Shown: piece after piece, positions 57,090 through 64,000 of the stretch
Layout of the letters: each line of letters starts with the position of its first letter
How positions within the stretch are numbered: the first letter of the stretch is position 1
Source: a virus
Direction: 5' to 3' (one strand)
DNA: 64,000 bases
Virus record (IMG/VR): IMGVR_UViG_3300005805_000042
Translations under genes and position numbers: made by a program
The notes under the pieces: model-generated
Told to the model about the DNA's origin: nothing
Seen by the model: only the letters and a program-made list of their open reading frames with translations
Database searches by the model: none

Positions 57090-59090
57090 ATGAACGACAC
57101 ATTAGGCGACGACGATAAGACACTCTCAAGGAAGAAACCTACCTCTGAATCGGGTACTCCCGTATTGGATAACTTTTCTCGTGACTTGAACAAATTGGCA
57201 GAACAAGGAAAACTTGACCCAGTAATAGGTCGGGAGAAAGAGATTATTCGTATTGCTCAAATCCTTTCCCGTAGAAAGAAGAACAACCCTATTATCTTGG
57301 GGGAGCCAGGCTCAGGTAAAACCGCTTTGATTGAGGGATTAGCGTCTCTTATTATCAATGGAGAATGTCCCAAAAATCTTCTTGACAAGCGTATTGTCAA
57401 TTTAGACCTTACCGCTGTGGTGGCAGGGACAAAGTATCGTGGTCAGTTCGAGGAGCGTCTAAAGGTTATCCTTGAGGAACTCTCCAACAATCCCAACATC
57501 ATTGTCTTTATCGATGAGATACACACATTGATTGGTTCAGGTAACTCAACAGGTAGTTTAGACGGTTCAAACATCTTTAAACCCGCACTTGCTCGTGGAG
57601 AAATTCAATGTATCGGTGCCACTACCTTGGATGAGTATCGTAAGTCATTTGAAAAAGACGGGGCTTTGGAGCGTAGATTCCAAAAGGTCATTGTAGACCC
57701 CTCATCAGTTGAGGAAACCATTCAAATTCTCACTCACATCAAAGACCGATACGAATCGTTCCACAAAGTGTCCTACTCTCAAGAAGTAATCGAACTTTGC
57801 GTGAAGCTCGCAGACCGATATATCACCGACCGTGAGTTCCCCGACAAAGCCTTTGACATCTTGGATGAAGTCGGTGCTCGTAGTCAAACCGAGCAAAAAA
57901 TTCCTGAAGTAATTGAAGAACTAAAACTCAAGGCTTCGGAAATCAAACAACAAAAAATGGATGTTGTAAAGAAACAGAACTACGAAGAAGCGGCAGCACT
58001 AAGGGATAAGGAGCGTAAAATCCTTGCTAAACTCGAAGAGGAAAAGCGGAAATACGCTGAAGAATCCTCAACAACTCGTATCCCAATTTCGGTGGAACAA
58101 GTCTACGATGTTGTTTCCAACATGACCAAAATCCCTGTGAGTAAAATGTCAGTTGACGATATTAACGCTCTTATTAATATGGACAAAACCCTTATGGAAA
58201 AGGTAATTGGTCAAGACGATGCGGTGTCTAAAATTGTCAAATCAATCCGTCGTAACCGAATCGGAATCAAAGACCCTAACCGTCCTATTGGTTCATTTAT
58301 CTTCTTAGGTTCAACAGGTGTGGGTAAGACCCACTTGGCAAAACAGATTGCTAAGGAGATGTTCGGGTCAGAGGATGCGTTGATTCGAGTCGACATGAGT
58401 GAATATCAAGAGAAACACACACTGTCTCGTTTGGTGGGAGCACCTCCAGGATATGTCGGTTACGAAGAAGGTGGACAGCTTACCGAGCAGGTGAAAAACA
58501 AACCATATGCGGTTATCCTATTCGATGAGGTTGAGAAAGCCCACAAGGACATTTTCTCAATTCTCCTTCAGATTCTTGACGATGGTCACGCCACCGATTC
58601 CCTCGGTCGAAAAATCAACTTTAAGAACACCCTTATCATCATGACCACCAACCTCGGAGTCAAGAAACTTCAAGACTTTGGAGCTGGTATCGGGTTCTCC
58701 TCTAACAAGTACTCAAACGAGGAGGCTAAGAAGCAAATCTTGATGAAGGAAATGAAGAACTTCTTTTCCCCCGAGTTCCTAAACCGTATCGATGACACCA
58801 TTGTGTTCCAAACACTCACAAAGGAGAATATCGATAAGATTGTAGGACTAGAACTTAGTAAACTCTCCAAGCGACTAGGTCACATGAAGTACAAAGTGGT
58901 GATGGACCCTACCCTCACTGAGTACATCGCAAAAGTCGGTTTCGATGATGAATACGGAGCTCGTCCAGTAAAACGAGCCATCCAAGACAAAATCGAAGAT
59001 TACCTATCGGAACTTATCCTAATAGGTAAACTTAAAGAAAATCGAAAATACACCCTAAAGGTGGTAAATGAAGAGGTAAAAATCTCTTAA
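57090..59090 (+). CDS. clpC: ClpC-type AAA+ unfoldase lacking the N-terminal Clp repeat domain
   Basis: LDPVIGR, GEPGSGKT, FIDEIH, GATT..EY, short UVR M-domain (QNYEEAAALRD), GSTGVGKT, LFDEVEKAH, GIGF ClpP-docking loop. Confidence 0.9.
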   Translation: MNDTLGDDDKTLSRKKPTSESGTPVLDNFSRDLNKLAEQGKLDPVIGREKEIIRIAQILSRRKKNNPIILGEPGSGKTALIEGLASLIINGECPKNLLDKRIVNLDLTAVVAGTKYRGQFEERLKVILEELSNNPNIIVFIDEIHTLIGSGNSTGSLDGSNIFKPALARGEIQCIGATTLDEYRKSFEKDGALERRFQKVIVDPSSVEETIQILTHIKDRYESFHKVSYSQEVIELCVKLADRYITDREFPDKAFDILDEVGARSQTEQKIPEVIEELKLKASEIKQQKMDVVKKQNYEEAAALRDKERKILAKLEEEKRKYAEESSTTRIPISVEQVYDVVSNMTKIPVSKMSVDDINALINMDKTLMEKVIGQDDAVSKIVKSIRRNRIGIKDPNRPIGSFIFLGSTGVGKTHLAKQIAKEMFGSEDALIRVDMSEYQEKHTLSRLVGAPPGYVGYEEGGQLTEQVKNKPYAVILFDEVEKAHKDIFSILLQILDDGHATDSLGRKINFKNTLIIMTTNLGVKKLQDFGAGIGFSSNKYSNEEAKKQILMKEMKNFFSPEFLNRIDDTIVFQTLTKENIDKIVGLELSKLSKRLGHMKYKVVMDPTLTEYIAKVGFDDEYGARPVKRAIQDKIEDYLSELILIGKLKENRKYTLKVVNEEVKIS

Positions 59091-59093
59091 CAT

Positions 59094-59122
59094 AAAAGGG
59101 GGGACGAAAGTCTCCCTTTTTT
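59094..59122 (+). terminator. Intrinsic terminator after clpC
   Basis: GGGGGAC-GAAA-GTCTCCC plus T-tract. Confidence 0.8.
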
Positions 59123-59156
59123 ATTTCTACGAGGTATTTATTACAAAAATACTTTA

Positions 59157-59498
59157 ATGAAAAAAATCGTTAAATTGACCGAAAGTGACCTTACAAGAAT
59201 TATTGAGAGAGTCATTTCAGAACAAGAAAAGATAGAACTACCTGCAAAGGAGTTAAAATCGGTTATCGAACCAGCCAAAGTTGCTCAAATTAAATCTCAA
59301 GCAGATGTATTGGCTCAAGACACAGAGTTAATCAAAAATACATTGGATTTAATTAGAAGAATTGACCCTGAGGCGTATCGTATGATTACCAAGGGACAAA
59401 CAACAAGCCCTAAAAGAACCGTTTTGGGGGATGCAATTATCGGTGGAACTTTATTGTCATTAATTTACACCATAATGGCTGAACTAAAAGGTCAATAA
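59157..59498 (+). CDS. Leader-motif protein with hydrophobic C-terminus
   Basis: MKKIVKLTESDLTRIIERVISE; GTATTTATT upstream at 59134. Confidence 0.7.
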   Translation: MKKIVKLTESDLTRIIERVISEQEKIELPAKELKSVIEPAKVAQIKSQADVLAQDTELIKNTLDLIRRIDPEAYRMITKGQTTSPKRTVLGDAIIGGTLLSLIYTIMAELKGQ

Positions 59499-59499
59499 T

Positions 59500-60072
59500 A
59501 TGAAAATTTTAATTTCAGAATCACAATATAAAGTTCTTGTTGAACAAGAAAGTGATGATGTGTGTGTACAAGATGAACTTGACACATTAAACGATTTCTT
59601 AGGTGGCATTGTCACGGTTGAACCCGAAGACATCGGTGGAGAACTCAGTCACGAAGATTTACTTTCCACAGTTACCGACCCCAAAGAAAAAAACATGTTG
59701 ACCAAGGTTTTAAATAACCTTTCACAAATGAACATGGAACAACTCAGAGACCAACTTAAAAAGGTTATGTCCATGAAAAATCTCAAAGAACAAGAAACTC
59801 CTTATATGGATAGAACAACCGAAATCGGTGGAGTTCAAGTTCCAACAGCGGTAGTTCATGGGTCATTAGGTTTATTGGCAATTGCAATTCTCACCAAAAT
59901 GATTAAAGGTCTCTCAGGTATGGGTACTGGTGGTAGAAGAGGTGGAAGACGAGGTCGTCTTGCATCAAGAGCTACAGGATGTCAAGGAGGAGCCGCAAGA
60001 GCAAAACTCGTTAGAATGAGAAGAAGAAGAGAATCATGGAGACGATTCCTTAAAAAAATCGGATTAAGATAA
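59500..60072 (+). CDS. Leader-motif protein with hydrophobic helix and Arg-rich tail
   Basis: MKILISESQYKVLVE; GSLGLLAIAILTKMI then GRRGGRRGR...RMRRRRESWRRF. Confidence 0.7.
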   Translation: MKILISESQYKVLVEQESDDVCVQDELDTLNDFLGGIVTVEPEDIGGELSHEDLLSTVTDPKEKNMLTKVLNNLSQMNMEQLRDQLKKVMSMKNLKEQETPYMDRTTEIGGVQVPTAVVHGSLGLLAIAILTKMIKGLSGMGTGGRRGGRRGRLASRATGCQGGAARAKLVRMRRRRESWRRFLKKIGLR

Positions 60073-60093
60073 AAAAATAAAAAAAAAACAAAA

Positions 60094-60393
60094 ATGAACA
60101 AAGTTATCAGACTTACAGAATCAGATTTGGCTAACATCGTTAAACGAGTTATTAGTGAATCTAAAAAGAAACCAAGTAAATCTGAGATATTAAATATGTC
60201 AAAAGATGAACTAAAAGATGTTTATGGTGAATTGGAAGTAAAAGGTGAATATCACGGAAAAAAAGGAACATTCCACCACTTCAAAAGAACTGCAATCGGA
60301 GATGTTGTTTGTAGTTTTAGAACTGACGACACAACACCATCAGGATTAAAAAGAAATACTCAAGGAATTAAAGTAAAAAATTTAGATTTTTAA
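60094..60393 (+). CDS. Leader-motif small basic protein
   Basis: MNKVIRLTESDLANIVKRVISE. Confidence 0.7.
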   Translation: MNKVIRLTESDLANIVKRVISESKKKPSKSEILNMSKDELKDVYGELEVKGEYHGKKGTFHHFKRTAIGDVVCSFRTDDTTPSGLKRNTQGIKVKNLDF

Positions 60394-60397
60394 TATT

Positions 60398-60871
60398 ATG
60401 AAAAAAATAATAAGACTTACAGAATCAGATTTGACAAGAATCATCAAAAGAGTTATTGAAGAACAACAAGAAAACTCTGAAAAATGTCAAAATTTTGCGA
60501 AAAAACGCAAATCCTATAAAGCAAAAGGAGACCGTATTATCAGACTTGCTCCCAAAAAAGCTCAAAATATGCTTAGCTCAATTTTCAATACAGGTTTGGA
60601 AAAAGGTCCCGAAGCGTTTAAAAACGCAGTTCCACAAAATATTAAAGCAGAGTTTCAAAAGAAAATTGCAACACTTAAAAAACCGAAATCTGATATGGAG
60701 GTAGAATCAATGATATCAGATGTTGAAAATGAAGTTAAAAACATTCAAGAACAATTTTACGCCCCAGCTTGGTTTATGCCAGCAGTCATGATTCTCTCAG
60801 TCTTGTTAATCTTAGTTGTGTTGATTTGGGGTATGGAGGATGCTCCACTCTGTGCGGCGTACAGATATTAA
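60398..60871 (+). CDS. Leader-motif protein with C-terminal TM helix
   Basis: MKKIIRLTESDLTRIIKRVIEE; AVMILSVLLILVVLIWG. Confidence 0.7.
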   Translation: MKKIIRLTESDLTRIIKRVIEEQQENSEKCQNFAKKRKSYKAKGDRIIRLAPKKAQNMLSSIFNTGLEKGPEAFKNAVPQNIKAEFQKKIATLKKPKSDMEVESMISDVENEVKNIQEQFYAPAWFMPAVMILSVLLILVVLIWGMEDAPLCAAYRY

Positions 60872-60891
60872 AATTTTATCATTACAAACTT

Positions 60892-60928
60892 AAACCCTCC
60901 CTCAAAAAAAGGGGGGGTTTATTTTTTT
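60892..60928 (+). terminator. Intrinsic terminator
   Basis: AAACCCTCCCT-loop-AGGGGGGGTTT followed by T-tract. Confidence 0.7.
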
Positions 60929-60949
60929 ATGCCTCTATATTTATCAAAG

Positions 60950-61639
60950 ATGAAAGACCTTATTCTCAAAGTTCTTCGTGAGGAGGTAAGCAACGGAAAA
61001 GTAACGTGCGACAATTGTGGTTGGTCTTGGAGTTTGAAAGATGGTGGTCATGACCCATATATTTGTCATCAGTGTAACCACAACAACGAACCCAAAAATT
61101 TAAAAGAATCTTACAAACACCCCAATCAAGAAAGTTTTGACAAATACTTTCTTATAGTAAAAAAATATTGGGATAAAGTTGGTCTTTCTCGGAAATCGGA
61201 AAAAATGGCTGGTAAATATATTTTAGATTCTTCACTAACATTTCCTTTTGCCATAGAGTATCTTGGTGGTACCAAAAAATTTATAAAAGAAATATCAGAT
61301 AAAATTCAAAATCAAGTTTTTGATTGTAAAGAATGTGGGGGATATAATTTCAAGTATTATGTTGATGAGTTTGATGTGGAAAGAAACTACAATTTTCACG
61401 AAATTAATGTTTCGGTAGTCGTTGACACCTCAATATCAGGTAGAACTTACAGCTCCGAAAATTTCAGTTTTACAAATGTAGATTACCAAATATTGTCAAA
61501 CTTGGAAGGTTCTGAATTTTATAGTGAGGTAATCCAAGAACTCAAGGCAATAATTAGTGAAGAATTAGAAAAAAAAATAGATGCACCGTTTGAACTTTGG
61601 GCGGACATTGTACGATTAGATTTTAAAACTTTTGATTAG
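60950..61639 (+). CDS. Leader-motif protein with CxxC...CxxC zinc-ribbon
   Basis: Likely start MKDLILKVLREE, 4 nt after TATTTATC; CDNCGWSW...YICHQC. Confidence 0.6.
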   Translation: MKDLILKVLREEVSNGKVTCDNCGWSWSLKDGGHDPYICHQCNHNNEPKNLKESYKHPNQESFDKYFLIVKKYWDKVGLSRKSEKMAGKYILDSSLTFPFAIEYLGGTKKFIKEISDKIQNQVFDCKECGGYNFKYYVDEFDVERNYNFHEINVSVVVDTSISGRTYSSENFSFTNVDYQILSNLEGSEFYSEVIQELKAIISEELEKKIDAPFELWADIVRLDFKTFD

Positions 61640-62463
61640 AACACCCAAGAATTGATTTGGGGTTTCAAATCTTTTTGATGTTTACGATATCCCAATTTCT
61701 CAATCATCTTTTTACCCATCTCAATTCCATTGAAAACATCTTCGATTACGACATATTCGTTGGGTGTGTGGTAGTCGTAGTACCCAATAGAGAAATTAAT
61801 ACAGGAGATGTCAAATTTACCCCGTAAAGCCCATACATCTGTATAGGGGTGAACCATATACTCTAAGTCTTCACCAATACCCTCAGTTAAAATGTTATTA
61901 CAAACATCAAAGAATTCAGAATCACGGTTGAACAATTGCTGACCCCAACAATATTCAGTCACCATCCAATTTTCGGGAGCATCGAACTGAATACCATATC
62001 CAACATTTTCAAAGAACTCGGGACTAGCTTTTTTTGAACCATGACAACCCGTTTCTTCAGAAACAAAAAATGTCGCTTTCAGATTCGGTAGTTCCTCCAA
62101 TAATTCCAAACAAGCAAAAACACCCGCCTTATCATCACCACCAATTCCTGTGGGTTCTCCATGGTCGTTATATGCTTTGAGTGAAGGTCGTTGTTCTCCT
62201 TGAGCGTTAACCAAAAATTCTTCACGAATATTAATTGGACCCAGTCCATGTACGGTGTCGGTGTGGGAAATTACACAAGGGAAATACTCGATATTCTCAT
62301 CAGTTTGTTTAGTTGCATAAACATTTAGATGTTCATCCACGAAATATGGGATTTGTTTTTCCTTTAGCCACTCACAAATAAACTCGACCATCATACCCTC
62401 TCGGTATGTTGCGGTTGGAACGGATAAGACTTTCTTTAAGAATTCAATTTTACTGTGAGTCAT
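61636..62463 (-). CDS. Zn-dependent peptidase (M28/M20/M42 clan)
   Basis: SHTDTV, GGDDKAG, SEETG, FD, YHTPNE. Confidence 0.85.
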   Translation of the reverse strand: MTHSKIEFLKKVLSVPTATYREGMMVEFICEWLKEKQIPYFVDEHLNVYATKQTDENIEYFPCVISHTDTVHGLGPINIREEFLVNAQGEQRPSLKAYNDHGEPTGIGGDDKAGVFACLELLEELPNLKATFFVSEETGCHGSKKASPEFFENVGYGIQFDAPENWMVTEYCWGQQLFNRDSEFFDVCNNILTEGIGEDLEYMVHPYTDVWALRGKFDISCINFSIGYYDYHTPNEYVVIEDVFNGIEMGKKMIEKLGYRKHQKDLKPQINSWVF

Positions 62464-63598
62464 GAGATAATATTTTACGCAAAGATAGTAAAATATTCTT
62501 TGATTCCAAAGTCAGCTCATAATTGTGGTACCAGTTGTAAAAATTCTGAGGGGATATTTTTAGTTCATCACTACTCCATCTACGAATCGGTAAATCAGAA
62601 TAACTACCGTCTGTTACCTTATTAACAAAAAGAATGAGTTTATTAGAACCTGCGTCATAGTGACTTATCGCGAATTTGATATTCTTCTGTGGTACATTGA
62701 TGGGTTTACCCGTTCCGAATTGTTTTAATATTTTTGTCAAAATTTCTGTTCTCTGAGGTGAAACTTCCTCGTTTACTTTCTCAAGCAAGTCCGTAATCAT
62801 TTGGTTAGTTTCCGAAACATACCTCGGATTTTTCTGAAATTCATTAACATCAATGTTCCATCTTTCTTCTTCCCAACCCCCAATTTTTTTTCCTCGAGTC
62901 AATCCATTCATTGCTGAATAGATACTTACCGAATCTGATTGTCCCTCTTCTTTGTTCGGATAAATTTTCATCAAATAGTATAAATTTCCAGCTGGTATAG
63001 ATACATTGAAATAATTACTATATCTCCCAACGGTTTCTATATTCACACCATAAGGTCCTAATACCTCACTCAATTGATTTGATATCAGTTTCCCCATTTT
63101 TTCGGTAAACTCCTCATTTTGATATTCATAAATGACATCTAAAATTTGATTAATTTCTCTTGGATATGATTTTAAGATTGTTTCGTTGATAGGCCTTGTA
63201 TCCGTATTTGCGGTAAAATCTTCGTTGAACTTCCGATACAACTTCAAAATCATCTGATATTCCTCACCGTTTCTATCGAAATAATCTCCAAGGAAAAAAT
63301 CATTCTCCGCCATCCTATCATCGATGATATCAGGACCTTCATACTCCATATTACCTCCATCCAAAAACCTAGATAACCACCAATAATCAAACTCGTCAAA
63401 ATTAAAAAAATCTACCAACTCGTTACCATCCATTTTGAATTTAAAAATAGATTTTACCCTATTGGAATCTACTATGATTTTGTCTACCATACTTTGAGCT
63501 AAAACATCCTCGGAAGATACTCTACCCTTAATGTAGTCGTAAACCAACTGAGGAAAATCCTTAGTACTTTCTGAAATTATTGTTCGGGACTTGGTCAT
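62450..63598 (-). CDS. Hypothetical protein (late-type)
   Basis: GTATTTATA 5 nt upstream; N-terminal MTKSRTIISE. Confidence 0.65.
   Translation of the reverse strand: MTKSRTIISESTKDFPQLVYDYIKGRVSSEDVLAQSMVDKIIVDSNRVKSIFKFKMDGNELVDFFNFDEFDYWWLSRFLDGGNMEYEGPDIIDDRMAENDFFLGDYFDRNGEEYQMILKLYRKFNEDFTANTDTRPINETILKSYPREINQILDVIYEYQNEEFTEKMGKLISNQLSEVLGPYGVNIETVGRYSNYFNVSIPAGNLYYLMKIYPNKEEGQSDSVSIYSAMNGLTRGKKIGGWEEERWNIDVNEFQKNPRYVSETNQMITDLLEKVNEEVSPQRTEILTKILKQFGTGKPINVPQKNIKFAISHYDAGSNKLILFVNKVTDGSYSDLPIRRWSSDELKISPQNFYNWYHNYELTLESKNILLSLRKILSHDSQ
62480..62511 (-). promoter_or_regulatory. Consensus Bacteroidota sigma70 promoter TTTG-N20-TATCTTTG
   Basis: Exact -33/-7 match on the minus strand, 16 nt upstream of the peptidase ATG, inside the 3' end of the upstream gene. 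Confidence 0.8.
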
Positions 63599-63621
63599 AT
63601 CAATATAAATACTTATATTTG
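63591..63621 (+). promoter_or_regulatory. Bacteroidota-type promoter for tmRNA, TTG-N20-TATATTTG
   Basis: -7 box at 63614-63621; overlaps the opposite-strand late motif at 63604-63612. Confidence 0.65.
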
Positions 63622-63639
63622 TAGAGTTCTTTGAAATAT

Positions 63640-64000
63640 GGGGGTGAACGGTATTGATTGGCAGGGTTAATCATACGGGGCATGCAGTGAGATGTTTCCT
63701 ATCACTTTAATCTATGGGAGTGCTTTTTAAGTGGCAACACTTTTGAAAAGCTTCAGGCTGTAGGTCTTCTTACAACTGAAGCAGTTACTGTAGCTTAGGC
63801 TATAATAACCGTGGGTCGATGGGGACATATACCTTGAAACAGAAGTCCTTATGGTGTGGTTTCTACCTTAAAAGGAATGGAGGTAATGTTTGGTGTTCTA
63901 CCGATTTGAGTGAACACCCCACAGTTTCTGATGACGATGGCAAAATAGGAATCAGATATTTCGGAGGGTTAAACAAACCCTGACCTAAGCATGTAGTCCT
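63640..64000 (+). ncRNA. ssrA: tmRNA, 3' end beyond the window; tag ORF 63733-63798 = GNTFEKLQAVGLLTTEAVTVA*
   Basis: 5' GGGGGTGAACGGTATTGATT; helix-2 pair GCATGC (63680) with CTAAGCATGTAG (63985-63996); TAAGT-GGC resume context; Ala-ending hydrophobic tag. Confidence 0.88.

Noticed and set aside
57090-59090. ClpB disaggregase
   Set aside because: Short UVR-type M-domain and a GIGF ClpP-docking loop indicate ClpC type
1289-60981. Other short opposite-strand or nested ORFs in the track (e.g. 1289, 11753, 25332, 34620, 37337, 44091, 51195)
   Set aside because: They lie fully within well-supported genes and show no motifs or start signals
1-64000. Stop-codon reassignment, as in some huge phages
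   Set aside because: Code 11 gives long, tightly packed genes; TAG ends genes right before the next ATG (21709/21713, 22414/22418) and TGA overlaps starts (14102, 23620)
1-64000. tRNA genes, integrase, transposase, introns or inteins
   Set aside because: None recognisable; terminase, portal and capsid ORFs appear uninterrupted and intergenic gaps are too short or explained by terminators/promoters

Overview
This window is part of a large T4-like (myovirus-type) phage genome in the standard genetic code. It has a gp23 capsid, gp20 portal, gp17 terminase, gp21 protease, gp22-like scaffold and a gp55-like late sigma factor. The host is almost certainly Bacteroidota: there are TTTG-N20-TAnnTTTG promoters, no Shine-Dalgarno sites, a Bacteroidota-type bS21, a DUF4494-like gene and a Bacteroidota-style tmRNA resume site. 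Layout: (1) 1-8.9 kb, GT25/GT25/GT60 glycosyltransferases beside four Thr/Pro/Ser-rich putative virion proteins. (2) 11.5-32.2 kb, a ~20 kb glycan cluster with many GTs, NDP-sugar enzymes, an aminotransferase, methyltransferases and a sulfotransferase, plus dUTPase, an exonuclease and PhoH. (3) 32-55 kb, late sigma factor, baseplate/structural genes and the head-assembly module with an antisense bS21. (4) 55-64 kb, a Pol-beta nucleotidyltransferase, KTSC protein, tandem-UVR protein, N-domain-less ClpC, small leader-peptide proteins, a peptidase and a tmRNA. The best candidate for an undescribed system is a phage-encoded mucin-type virion glycocalyx: a GT60 polypeptide-GlcNAc-transferase homologue next to [12 protein letters not shown]-repeat virion proteins, a recurrent [S/T]-G-x-T motif in structural proteins, and a probably swappable sugar-tailoring cassette. 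Further candidates are a TATTTAT late promoter, a shared head-targeting leader family, and a tmRNA/ClpC/UVR proteostasis module. All family assignments come from motif recognition by eye; no database search was run.
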